A stretch of 63,965 bases of DNA, the filler included, from Phoronis australis (Eukaryota > Animalia > Phoronida), in NCBI GenBank assembly GCA_002633005.1. It is 3 parts of 3 records of this genome, joined end to end, with 100 filler letters (N's around TTAATTAATTAA, not from the genome) between each part and the next. Parts side by side here need not be neighbours in the genome. Positions count along the whole stretch, not along the records: positions 41,814 to 63,965 come from NMRA01000122.1; 2 more parts are not named here. One strand, written 5' to 3'. A program made the position numbers and the translations under genes. Numbering within the stretch: position 1 is the stretch's first letter; each line of letters begins with the position of its first letter. Positions 51,250-63,965 of the stretch are shown piece by piece. The notes below the pieces were generated by a model. It was given only the letters and a program-made list of their open reading frames with translations. It was not told the origin of the DNA and ran no database searches.

Positions 51250-51721
51250 AGCCCCGTCCACACACATTCTACCCTAGAGCAACTTCCACCAGTGCATTTT
51301 ATCCCACTTTTAAGTAGAGTCCTTTCACACTCACATATCCAATAACTAGGGTAAGCTGGAAGTAATTGTCCTCTGTTCCAGACAATGAACACCTAATGTG
51401 AATAGGGTGTGCAAAAGAAAACATGTATGAATGTAACCACAACAGATAATTACCTCCGCCTTGCCCCAGGTTTGTGTCCACACAGTGGTGCAAGTTACCC
51501 TACAATACTGTGACTTACCCTACCTAAATAAGGTGTAGTGGGGTAATTAAGTTGCACTAGTGTCCACACAGTGGTGCAAGTTACCCTAGAATACTGTGAC
51601 TTACCCTACCTAAATAAGGTGTAGTGGGGTAATTAAGTTGCACTGGTGTCCACACAGCCTTCAAACCCAGTGACAACTAGTTCCAGGAGTAACTTGTTCT
51701 GGGGTAAGTATGTGTAAGGCC
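51250..51721. mobile_element. PIF/Harbinger-like MITE containing an ~86-bp tandem duplication (51475-51657)
   Basis: Imperfect TIRs acacacattctaccctagagcaactt / aacttgttctggggtaagtatgtgt; internal duplicated tgtccacacagtggtgcaagttaccct... Confidence 0.5.
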
Positions 51722-53334
51722 AGCATTTATGAACCTTGACAACAATCCCATAAAATTCACTATTGGGTTTACCATATATGGTATTGGTCAACTGTCTCAA
51801 GCACCCTACAATTCTGGAATGTCCATTTGGTAATCTAGTTTACTGTTAAGTTCTTCAAAGCACTGTGGATACACCCTAAGGGCCACTGACTCAACTCAAA
51901 GCCAAAACAAGATGGCATAAACATCAAGAATCTGATAGCAAAGTAATGATGATAATACTGATATTAAAATCAATACACTTGATTAATATTACATAATTTA
52001 TTTCATGACTCAGTATCTAGTTATTTGCTTGATAACAATGCCCAGATGTTTGAAATTTTAAAATCAGGTTTTTTCTTAAAAGTTCGTGGTGATTCCTTAC
52101 TATAAAGGCAGCCAGTCAAAGTGAACTAAGTTGTTTCGTTGCTTGGCACTGTCAAAATAGCCAACACGAGGAGTGTGTACAAGCTGACATGAAAAAACCA
52201 AGGGCTGACCACCTAAATGTATGCAAGGACTGAGGCAAATTGGAGGAATAACCTCTCTAGACTCAGCATTTGGAAATGAAATCAAGTGCAGGATTGCTGT
52301 GCTAGATGAGTTGAACATATCCAGAAATGTTGAGCTTTATTACACAACTGGTGTGTTTGCATTTCTCTCCTGTCCTTCACTGAGAAATAGCTCGACATTC
52401 ATGGTTGCTTTTGATTGATTTTAAGCGTAAACCTAAGTTGGTTTTGTAAAGCTTTTTAATTGTTTCAAGTTTAAGATTAATTAACTGATTGAAATCCCTT
52501 GCCTTTCTCTGTGTGTACCTGAAAGTTGTTGCGTTCCAGGATGCAGTGGGTTCTTGAATTGTATGGAGTTCCGTTTCACTGATTTCTAGTGATTATGACT
52601 AGGTTCGTTGGAGTTGGCTCATTCATGTCACGAATGCAGCATTGTTCACTGATGCCACAGTTAATGAAGTGCATAACTAATGTCTGCGTCAAAATTTCTT
52701 ACTATCAGATTTCGAAAGGGACATACGTATACGCAGAGATCACGACGGTATTTGCTAAACATGTCCTGCAGAAGAATGTCATACCATTATAATTTCACTT
52801 CTCTGCACCTTTTGCCACCCGCTAGGATTGCTTTTTTTCAAATGTGAAGCGTAGCCAGCAACCATGTACAGGATTACTGTTTGTGTGCATGGTCGTTGAC
52901 TCTAGTCAGATGTCAAAAAGAGAGACCTTTATTACCCCCAAGGCAAATAATTACGCCAATTTTTGCAGAAGTAAAGCCAGAGGGGAATGGTATTTTTTTG
53001 ATAGGCTCCCCTAATGTAAAATGGAATGTTTTAAAAACAACTCAGCGTTTTCGAGAACAGTGCACAAAGCATAGTATCTGAAAGTTTCGTGTGAATCCTA
53101 TCAGCCATTTTTGAGATACGATGCTCCGAAGTTGGCCAAAGTTGGACATTTTTAGGGCCCTTTGTATATACCTTAAAAATTATTTAACAAATTTATTTCG
53201 TGCTTATGAAGGTAGGCTGTTACCTTAACCTTGATGGGTATAATATGGTTTTGACCAATGCGTTGATATGCAAGCTTCGTAACTGATGATGTTCTAACTC
53301 AATCACTGTTGTACTTGCAGTTTCATTTTTGTAG

Positions 53335-53413
53335 AATTTTGAAGAAATGCTGTCTAAGGCTGTACCTGATGATATCCGTTTGAACCGAGATTTGACTCTT
53401 GATGAACCATTAG
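53335..53413 (+). CDS. GLDC: Glycine dehydrogenase exon 2
   Basis: ttttgtag|NFEEMLSKAVPDDIRLNRDLTLDEPL-G|gtaagt; in frame with exon 1; conserved VP..IRL motif. Confidence 0.9.
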
Positions 53414-55599
53414 GTAAGTCTTCTCGCATTTCCAATATGAGCGGCAATTTCCAGAAATGGGCCTCCCTTCAAATATAGGCTCTATGGAAAATTTTCCAAT
53501 TATGTGCCTATCGGCTTATCTAGAAAACAAACTTAAGTAAGTGTACTACTGGTATCACAATCTATATGACGTATTGGTCTCATTCAGTGTTGACGCATCT
53601 TGCGTAGTTGGCACATTTTCCTTTTATAGGTTTGGAAAGTACCCCCCCGGGCTTATATTAAGGGAACTACATAGGTTAACATATGCAATTTTCCCAATAT
53701 ATAACTGTTGCATGAAAGTGACTTACAACATAAGACAGTAATTTGGTCTAACACTCCCACTTTACAATTGCCAAATAAAGGTTTAGTTGTGTAGTTAGTA
53801 GTACATCACTGTCTAGAAATAATTTGTACAAATTTCCTCAGTAAGTAGTAGTTTTGCTTACATTCTCAGATACTTTTTTCCTTTGCTGAAATGAGTTTTA
53901 CTTATTTTCCAGAAATAAATTTTTGGAGCGTAAGACCAAATTTCCGTCAAGTCTTAAGTCATTTTTCATGAGACACCTGGGGGTTAGTACTAGAAACTCT
54001 AGTTAAATGCGGTAAAAATTCTCAAGTTTGGGACAGTGAAAAATTAATTATTTTGTTCAAAGTCGGAGCTTGTATCGAGTTTTAGTAATATGTGTTACTG
54101 ATTGTCCCAAATTCAAGAATTACCATCACGCGACAAATGATAATTCGGTAATGGTCAGTTATAGCGTGCCTGCATTTTGAGAACTAGTTTTCTCCTACTA
54201 CTGAATAATGGGCTTCAAACTGATTCTCAAAATACAACCACGTTATGAAATTGTTGCTTCTGCAGCTATTTTCAATGATTATATGAAGTGCTAAGTCTGT
54301 ATTGAGACTGTTGATATAAAACTCATCCAATATTTGAGAAAAATGATGAACATCAATATCCCCGTGTTCTACTTTTAAGAATCAAGTAAATTCAATTTCT
54401 TTATGAATTTCTGTGACCTTAATTTGATAGGCTATCCCAAACAGGAGAGTTTTGCGCAGTCATTTGCGATTCACTAGCACCTGAGATGTTTTTTATCTTG
54501 GCGTATGTTACATAAACAGTGAGCATTATAGGTACTTATGTATCATTTGAGCAATTATTTCTCTTAAAACATTCAATTGCATTGGTCGCTTTATTGAGAA
54601 TTGCAATTCGCAATCTGGATGTTGCAGTTTGACTCTTGGAACTTGATACACTAGTTGATGGAATTTGACCCCTGTACCTGGCTTAAGAGCAATTGAGGAT
54701 CAAAGAAATGCAATCAGCATACTGTACTGAAATGACATGTATTTCAGTTGGTAACATGCATTTGAATGATCAGTTTTGAACATTTGTTACAAAGTGTGGT
54801 CAGAGTGCAAAGGTATATGGCATATTCAAGATTACAAGGTGTCAAACAAAACTAAATGATCCATTCCCATACCCTGTGTATACATATATCCAAAGCAAGG
54901 CGTGTATGTTCTGATGTCCACACACAAATTTATGTGTTGTGCATCACCAATCTACTGGGTCACTCTTTCATTTAATTAATGGGCTACTCTGTGACTGAGG
55001 ATATGATATGCTCACTTGCACTGCGCTAAGCAACTCTATTATGGCTCAGTTTCACATTTCCTTTGTAACTTGTCTCCAAGCATAAAATTGGATGGCCTGA
55101 GTATAGTCAGACTGACATTAATGGAGAGCCCTTTCTTGACCAACACCAGCCATTTGCTGACCCATTTTTTCACAGTTGGGTGCTATTGTATGAGCAATTC
55201 TAAAATTATTTCCCCCCAAATTATATTGTATTTGTCCCCTGATAGTCGGGTGTGCGAAATAAACTAAATATAGGAACTGCCTGGTTTTTGGGTGTGCGAA
55301 ATAAACCGAGCAGCCAACCACCAGTAACGGCCCATTTGTGAATTTCACCACCTGTTAACAACAGGGTATGAAGGGAATTTGAATATACAATGTTTATACC
55401 TTAGTAACAGGTAAAGACAGTTAGTTGAACAGGCCTGTAATGTCAAGTTTAAGTATAGGGTTTTGTGTTGACTGCGTTCGAATTCAGTGATGTAAGAATT
55501 TCCACTCCGGCAAATGAAGTAAGTGAAGGACAAAATATTGTTCCAATTAATTATATGTGTGCAAAACAGGCAGAGAATAACTATTCTAATGCTCTGACA

Positions 55600-56139
55600 C
55601 AGGCCTTTATCCAGGATTTTGAAAATAGGGTGCCCAAAATGGGGTTCCCAATATTCCAGGGCGTCCATGATTCCGACGCGTAACCCCCCACCCCCAGCAA
55701 TACCCCCAAACACACTGATTTTTTTACAAAAAATGCATAGATCAAGGTTTTTACATATAAGTTTATAAAACAGCCTTCTATGGTGAGCATTTTTACTAAA
55801 AAAAACTGTGTAGACCAAGACTTTTACAATGCTGTCAATCAAGTGTCAAAATAGCAACAATGCATATACTTTGTATATACCTTGTATATTTCTTCCTGCT
55901 TTGAAAAAAGAGCCCCCACTGTGAGCCTTCAGAGGCTTCCAAGTATTCATTACAATGTGTGAGTCCAAACATGAAAGGTTCCTATAGACAGTGGGCATCC
56001 AAATGATACATTGGGCGTCCTTGCCAGGGCGTCCAAATTAGTGCTAGGGCGTCCAAATTAGTGCTAGGGCGTCCAAATTAGTGCTAGGGTGTCCAAATTA
56101 GTGCTAGGGCATCCAGGACATACGCTGCATAAAGGCCTG
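55600..56139. mobile_element. hAT-type MITE with 8-bp TSD
   Basis: TIR caggcctttat / ataaaggcctg; perfect TSD ctctgaca; internal 20-bp repeat agggcgtccaaattagtgct. Confidence 0.9.
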
Positions 56140-57028
56140 CTCTGACATTGCATTCATTTTTGAAAGTACAACTGGTTAATATTTCAGTCTTTGTAAAATT
56201 ACTGCTACAATTATTTACAAATACAAAATAAAAATATGTAAAGGAAGGTTAAAGTACATGTTAAGGTGGTCGTGGAAGGTGACAGCCATGCCGTATATAC
56301 CCGTGGTCTGACTCTTAATAACTCTTTTAATATGTTGTCATACCACTCATATTTGCTTCAGTATGTCTACAGGTAATAATGACATGTCTCTTATTCTATG
56401 TCTAAGTACTAAAATGCTCCTCACTATTGTGATGATGATTTACAACTTGGTTTTCTACAACCTTTTCTGTATCCATAGCGATGCTTTGTCTCTCTGCGGC
56501 TGTAGTTTGAGATCAAAATCACATTTCCTCATATCAGGAACCATTATTTTACTTTGTCATCATAAGTAGATGTACTGTACTATTCCTTAACTGTTGACAA
56601 AGCTTTATGATTGAATTTCTGACCGAGTAATGACCCTAGTGGTGACTGAGAACTCAAGAGGTTGTGTAATTCAAACTAGCTTGTTTGCCAACTTAAAAGA
56701 GAATACTTGGCCATCTTTCAGTCTTGACAACAGTAAAAATTTTCAGTTATACCTTATGTATACATTCCTATGGGAATCCAGTGCTTTTTTAACACACCTG
56801 AGCCCCAGCCCATCAAAGTCCTTGTGCTTAGCCAAGAATGATCTATTGTTGGGCAGGCTTGATTAAGTGTGGTCTTATCTGTACATAAACTGAGGAAACA
56901 ACTGCAGCCTTATTTACAAAAAACTTTAAACCTAAAATTTGGATGTTTTTCAGAACACAAATTACCACAGTTGTGTGTTTGATTTTTGGAAATTTGTGAA
57001 GTAATTCCCAACAGTTTTAAATGGCTTC

Positions 57029-59128
57029 CAGGGCTCGACGCTATTAAAATCGCCAGGTCGCATTTTGCGACCTAGCCAAAATCCCAGGTCGCATTTTCAA
57101 AATCCAGCTCGCATTCGTAAATGCCAGGTCGCAAAATTTTCCCGCCATTTTTACGCGCCAAAATAATTTTTTTAGATCGTCGAGAAAATGTTTAGATTAT
57201 GCTCTTACCTGCAGCGTTAAATACTCACAAATTTCGGATCTCAAAATTGACTTCATTCATGCAGGTACGGCCTTACTGTTCTTCACGACCGCCATTGAAA
57301 GACTCTAGAGCGCAAGGCAAGTTGCCGACGTGAAAGTTGAATCAGTGCTCTCTAACTGACTTGTGCATTCGAGTAGCTAAATTTGCGATGTGAAAAGGGA
57401 GAAAATTCCCGTTGAAAAAGTATCCGGGATTTTGTTAGATCTGGCCTGCTACTGACTGTTATCAAAGTCGTTAACGATTCAAACTAACTCGGGTAATGGC
57501 GAGTTTGCTCCTCAATACCTTCCAAGTACGGGAAAAATACTAGTTGGTCAGTCACAAAGCGACACGCATGTCACTAGTGTTAACTTTCTTTCCGAGGTAT
57601 AAAACAAAGTCTGGATTTGGTTTTTACATATTGTGAAAAGACGTTTTTGAACACTGAAGTTGTGTAAAATGAAAGTGACACACCATATAAGCTGCGTGTC
57701 AATTTTAAACCACACGCGGTCGTTTGTAGTGCGCTATGATGGACGCTAGCTTGAACTGTGAGCGCTTCATTGGAAATTCTCAAAATTTAAGGGTGGACTT
57801 TTAATAGATCAGTGAGCGCTTATTATGAAACACTTTAAAGGTAGGGAGTAGGCTTGTGCGTGAGCATAGTCGTTAACCTCAGTTTTTGCGGTAATAAGAT
57901 ATTAAAACGCTGCAATGGTAAGAGACGTTATAATAATGCGATTTTGCGAGGCAAACTCCATCTAGTAGGGGCGACTTTCTGGATACCGTTACCACCTAAA
58001 TTGTACCCTTTTTAGCCACCCGGAATGATTTTGTTTTTAACTGCCCGCTTCAGCCAGAACAAGGTTGTTTCTATAGGAGTCTGAACATTTTACGGCGACG
58101 GTGGTTCGGGGAGCGAAAAGTTGTCGGGGGGATGTATAAAGAGAAGAATGGAAAGTTCGCTAACTTGAACCACAATTTCGCATCTAGTGCCCGTTTAGTT
58201 GCAATAGCTGGCTACGGGCATAGAATACAGGGTTTACAGAACGTCGACCTCGGGAAACATCGGAACAGGACGGTATACTCTTTCATTTGGGACTGTCGCT
58301 GTTCTTTGCAGTGGTGCGCACGCGTGAGTTCACGCACTTGAATTGCTGGAGTAGGCCAACACTTTACGTTGGCAACAACATGTGAAAGACAAATCATATT
58401 TCGCGCACGTAGCCCCAGAAACAAGTAAAGAGTTTGAGAATTTTTTGGCAACTGAAAGTAAAGACGTGACCGTCATTTGGCGATTAATAAGGTTGTCATT
58501 TTCACTTTGGCTTTCTTAATACGATAAAAAGGAGAAGCACATCTCAGTCTAAGTCACGATTGTCTGCCGGGACCGCTTGCGCGCTAACGGTGCCGCAGTG
58601 CGATATCAGGGATATTGTCGTGGATATTTGGTACATGTAAGGACATCTTATGTGAAAAATAAACATTTTTGTCCACCACAAAGTTTGGTAAGTTGATCGC
58701 TTAAGAATTAGTAGAAACATCGTTGTTTGTGAAGTTTTATCACGTGTTAAGCAGTGGCCGAAACTTTCTTTGTCTTTGGCGAATTCGGTAATTTACAAAA
58801 GTGGCCGAAAATGTTAGCCAATGAAACGCGTCAAAGATCGATTCTGCATATCCCATGTTCACGCAACTTGCTTACAAGTCATCGGGAGGGCTGTTCTCGG
58901 TTAGTGTTCTTTTGAACTTGGATTTGGCAACAACCAAATAACAGTCGGATTAACAAGCACTGCTTTGTATTTGTCAGGTATCTGTTGAGAAGTGTAAAAA
59001 CTCAGCTCGCATTCGTTGGAAATTCCAAGTCGCATTTTGCGACTTGATACGAGCTGACAAAAATCTCAGCTCGCATTTCAAAATTTCAGGTCGCAAATGC
59101 GACCTGCAGCTCGTTATGTCGAGCCCTG
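57029..59128. mobile_element. 2.1-kb non-autonomous hAT-like element with 5-bp TSD
   Basis: TIR cagggctcgac / gtcgagccctg; TSD gcttc; clustered subterminal ggtcgca/gctcgca motifs at both ends. Confidence 0.85.
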
Positions 59129-62100
59129 GCTTCTGAAGACTGACTTGCTGACTGTTGATGGTTCTGGTCTCTACTCCGAATAACTTTCAGACCTGCGCTC
59201 ACTAGACTAAAAATGTCTACCAGCATCAGTTTCAACTAAGTTTTCTTTTTTATACTGTTCAAGGGTTCTTAGACAAGAGTAAGCCACAACTGAGGAGTTA
59301 TCATTTCTCAAGTGATGTGTAAAAAAAGAACAAACCCCCCATTATGTTTGCTAGTCTCAGATGAATTTTGTTTGTTGAAAAGTGAACCAAGTAAAAAACT
59401 GCACCACCGACACAATTTAGAAAACAAGAGACCAGATCTCATTATGCTTTTTACCTTATGCTTGCACTTCATTCGTTTAGGATTATCCATATTAAACAGA
59501 GATAAAGTCATTGTAAACCTGTCTGGATATTTAGAATGTAAAGTGCTGTAACTGCAGATCTTACCCAGGATGTCTGGGGTAGCTCTCTGTTGTTGGGCTG
59601 CCATATTGGGCATTGCACTAGGTAAGGTTTTACTGTTATTTCGGAGTAATATACGTGTTGGTCCTCGCTGTTCTGTATTTTAAAAATCAGTTACTAATGT
59701 TGGCCCATAATATGATAAATGGTCACGTGATGTAGACATGTTAGTTTGTTGCTCGAATTTGGTAATATGAACCCGTTTCTCTGGACAGGTACTGAAATGA
59801 ATGGAAACAACAAATATGGTATTTATGTGGTCATTTCCTTCCAAATTATGGATAGGTAAATGTTTTAATCCTGTGGAGTCACACCAATCAGTTTGTCAGG
59901 AACCTCTCTCCTGAGCTAGATGTGTTTGTGGTTTTCTCAATCTAGTGTGTTCATTCAAGTGGAATTCTAGATTGAAATGAGTGGCAAAATGCCAGTCATT
60001 TCAGTGGCAATAATGGTAGCGTTTCAGTTTCAGTCACAGCTTTTCCTCTTGTGCCTGTTGTCTTACGTAGTAGAGGATTGGCTCCAAACATGCTTGCAAA
60101 AATGCCCACAGTTTTGAGGTAACTCAAACTGCCCTTGAGCCAGAATGAGTGACCCTTGTAGTTATTCACTGTTGTTTTTTTCTGCTGTTAAAATTGATTG
60201 TCAGTTTGTGAAGGTGGTACAGGAAGTATTTTTTGGTGGCCCAGGGTTAAGTAACTAAACATTAGAAAGCACGTACTACCATCCTGTTCTGAGCAGAGCT
60301 TGGTCGCAGGTCACGTAGGTTAATTTACTGTACTCATAGATTACTTGGTGTCATTTGGTGCAATCTTCTGCAACCCAAGAATGAGGCTATTGTCGAGGAT
60401 CATTTATTTTTATACATGTACTGTTGCAGTCATTACATTAAATAATTTTAGGTTCAAACAGAGTAAGGAGAGCTTGAACGTAATTTTCTATTCATGTTTC
60501 TTTCCACCCCCTGCTTAATATTGGTCACATCTATGGTTGTGTTGTAGTATGAGTATTTATTTTGATGTTAAATCCCTGTAAATCTGTGACTTTTGATTTT
60601 AAATTCAGTGTTTTAAAATTGCATAGCTGGAGCAAAACAGTTATTCATAACTGCAGAATTTTACCAATATGACACATAATGGCGGACACGTCAAATTTTA
60701 TTTTCTCATTTTTATAAAAGATGTTAAGCATGAATTAAATGCATTTCAACGTTCCAGTCGTGAGTGATAGCTACTACTGGAACATTATATGAGTAACCAT
60801 GGGAATTCACAATTTAAGAATATATTGAAAATATGAAAAAGTTCAATTTTTAGACTTTTTTCTGCAAAATTCAGATGAGATTTTACTATGTTATAAGTTG
60901 GATATAAACAATGCTTGGACATGGAATGAACTGTGTTCATTTATATTAAAAGTGCCTAACTTCCTTGTACTTGATGTCATACAAGTTATCAGGTTGTCCT
61001 CAGATCTATATCCAATGGTCAGACACCACAGGTTACCTACAGGTCAGCTCATGGTTTATAATTCTGCCTAATCGAAACACAAGAAGTCCTGTTGGGGCAC
61101 TCCATTTGGTCAATCTGTTATCTGTTGACTGCATTGATTCTGTTGTGTGTAAATAAACCCCATCATGTAGTGCTGTCTGAAGCCCTTTCTTTCTGGTTCA
61201 CATTTTGGGCCAGGGCCCTAAATTGTCTAGTTTTTTAACGTGTCGAATTACGTCTCTTTCGCAGTCAAGAAGTCTTTGAAAGTGAAAAATTGAGAGAAAC
61301 GGAAAATACTTTTTCATGAAATTAATCATTGATTTAACAGTCTTAAGTGGTGTGCTTAAATTGTCCAGAACTGAAAAACAAACTTTCTGGACATATTTTG
61401 AATTGTTGTGTGCAGATGAACAATGCAGCATCTGGTGCTACTGATGTGGGCAATGTTTGTCACAACTTAAGCAGTTTTCACTGACCATCAATCTATAATC
61501 TTGCATGTTTTAAGGGTCATGTGGACTGAGACCATTTGTGTTAAAGTTTGCAACAACTGAATGTATGAGTCTCTAGTTCATTCAATGGTTGTGTATTGTC
61601 TCGAAATTTAGCAGCTGCAACCAACTAGTTATAATCTTCAGGTTATTTGGTAGTGTTGATAAATTCATAAAATTGTCAAAAATAGCTACTGTCGAGCATA
61701 CCATGCTATAGTGCATAACATTGAGGCAAGTGATCGTTTGTTGCTGATCGTAACTCTTGAATTTGAATATTTCCTATTTCTAAAATTTTATACAAGCTCA
61801 GACCTTGAGCAAAATAATAAATTTTTGTTGTTCCAAATTGGAGAATTTTTGCGTTTGATTTCTGTTCTGTAACGTGAGCGACTTATCGATTTCCGTTAAC
61901 CCGAACATTTTAATTCTCTGTGTACATTGAAAGAAATTGTGAATTCCTGTTCGATTGGTACCATGCCTACAGAATGAAGACAATTTGACAAAGTTGAGTA
62001 TTAGGACAAATGCAGCCGAGTAGCTGCCAGCTGAGCTATCGTCCTTAAGTGAACTACAGGTTAGATTACCCTTACTTTTGTTTGGTTGTAAATAATGTAA

Positions 62101-62880
62101 CTTTAGTACACACTGTTAGAATGAGCCAATGAGATAGATTTGGTGTTGTCAGGTGATGCAACAAATAATTTTTATTGCCTTCCAAAGTTAATCAGCTAAT
62201 CACATAGTTCACCTTGGTATGTTATGAGGATTTACCATTACCAGGTAAATGAACTCCAACAGATGAGACATCACCTGCCCTTAGGGCCACCACAGACAAA
62301 GGGCTGTGAGCTCAACTGAGCTGATAGCTGGTGAAGGTCAGTAGTACAGAAAAGGAGACTGCTGCCACTACAGCTAATGGATGTTGAGAATTGTAAAGAA
62401 AACCAAAGGGAAAAATCTAAACATTTATTTAAGTAAGCAGAAATTGAAATAATGCCCAAATTAAAAATGTTCAGTTTTCGTTGATTTATGAATTCACTAG
62501 GATTTCATTTGTCACTTACAAAAAAGGAACAAGTGATATCATCAACATCTAGACATTGTAATGCAGAAAATAATCTACGTAACATACCACAGAATAATTT
62601 AGCACATCATTGAAAATATGAACACCTGACAGACCAAAAACATTGCAGAAATAAATTTCACATGCTAGGTCAACCTGACCGCTCAGTAGCCCACCAAAAT
62701 ATTGACGTCATTCACTTAAAGCAAGATAGGTGAGCTAGATGACGAACATTTGAGTGGCAGTCTCAGAGCTAGTGTGCGGTTGCATAAAACAGTCACAAAT
62801 AAAGTACTCAACTAAATTCCCTCAATTTATTGCATATTTGTGCACTTATGAAAATGCCGGTTGTCCTTTCTTTGGTGATG

Positions 62881-62977
62881 GTCTGATATAACGTGCCCAA
62901 ATTTTGAGAACCAGTTTTCCCCACTAAATAACAGGCATCAAACTGGTTCTCAAAACGCGGGCACGTTATATCAGACT
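62881..62977. repeat. ~37-bp inverted repeat hairpin / mini-MITE
   Basis: gtctgatataacgtgccc..ttttgagaaccagttt / aaactggttctcaaaa..gggcacgttatatcagac. Confidence 0.85.
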
Positions 62978-63064
62978 TATGATTGCCCTTTCTTTTACTG
63001 TTTTAGTTTCATTACTAAGTCGATGGTGGGCTTCGGTGCAAATCAAGAGTGAACTCTACCTACC

Positions 63065-63750
63065 TTGAATTCTCGATATTATCAAATTAAATAGGAATCG
63101 TTTCTTGCAACGCCTGAAATTTAAGGTCTACCGGTATGTTCCTATTCATTTTCACTGAATTCAGGACTCAGTTTTTGGATACATATATATAGAAAATGTC
63201 ACAAGTTAAAGAGGAGCTTATAATTATGATTAAAAAATATGACATCTGTGAATAAAGAAAAATACAAATATACACTAGATTTAGTGAACTTAGTTGAGTC
63301 CCTATTTGTGACTATTTCATGGATCTGAGGGATCAGTGGCCAGTTGCATGAAACAGTCCCAAATAGGGACTCAACTAAGGTCCCTAAGTCTTTTTGCTAT
63401 TTGTGTCTTTATGGACTCACATATGCAATATTTTTCTATCATTTTATCTTTATTATGAGCTCCTCTTTGATTAATGACATTTTCTAATAATATAACTAAA
63501 AACTGAGCCCTTAATTCATTGACTTAGTCCTTAAATTGGGGGTGTTGCATGAAAAGATCCCTAGTTATTTTTGAGAATATTGACAATTCAACAGTTCACA
63601 CTTGATTTGTATCAAAGTCAAAAGTTGACTTAATAGTGAGACTAAAACAATATGAGAAAGGACAATCAATGTTTTCACAAGTCTACAAATATGCAGCAAA
63701 TTTAGGGAACTTAGTTGAGTCCCTATTGAGGGACTGTTTCATGCAACCCG
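63065..63750. repeat. Diverged ~260-bp-arm palindrome plus a third partial copy (MITE cluster)
   Basis: 63065-63330 is the reverse complement of 63345-63590 (ttagttgagtccctattt / aaatagggactcaactaa); motif recurs at 63710. Confidence 0.7.
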
Positions 63751-63834
63751 GCACTGGTGTCTTCAATAATCAATCATCCACATTTCAACAGAATGCACAG
63801 AGAGGTTTGTATCTTATGCTTTTATGCTGGCTTG

Positions 63835-63927
63835 TTACTTGGCGGAATTCTTCCGCCAAGTATGTTGCTTTGACAGCAAGTTTTTACTTGGCGGAATTCT
63901 TCCGCCAAGTATGTTGCTCTGACAGCA

Positions 63928-63935
<8 letters not shown>
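63835..63935. repeat. Tandem duplication of a ~50-bp palindromic unit, then poly-T
   Basis: tacttggcggaattcttccgccaagta x2. Confidence 0.85.

Positions 63936-63965
<30 letters not shown>

Noticed and set aside
55345-55842. 165-aa minus ORF
   Set aside because: Spans the boundary of a hAT MITE inside a GLDC intron; no protein-like features

Overview
AT-rich, intron-containing eukaryotic DNA, most consistent with an invertebrate animal. Two 100-bp N/TTAATTAATTAA spacers (24848-24947, 41714-41813) split it into three blocks whose true adjacency is unproven. Most ORF-track entries are noise; the real genes are spliced and were rebuilt by hand from GT/AG sites and exon phase. They are: (1) an intronless two-Ig-domain surface protein (3179-4069, -); (2) a 7+-exon secreted MAM + jacalin-like + M12B-metalloprotease-like gene (13225-24440, +) cut by the gap; (3) a 3-exon secreted precursor with acidic propeptide, a Spaetzle/neurotrophin-like cystine-knot region and two antistasin repeats (32142-26326, -); (4) an orphan secreted 137-aa protein; (5) exons 1-2 of mitochondrial glycine decarboxylase GLDC. 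Mobile DNA comprises a deleted Kolobok (THAP transposase + KolX, TTAA sites) and its 150-bp derivative, a Penelope-like GIY-YIG fragment between inverted hammerhead-bearing repeats, an Academ-like element with ~600-bp TIRs, hAT-type non-autonomous elements, several MITEs and many minisatellites. Family calls come from motif recognition by eye, not database searches.
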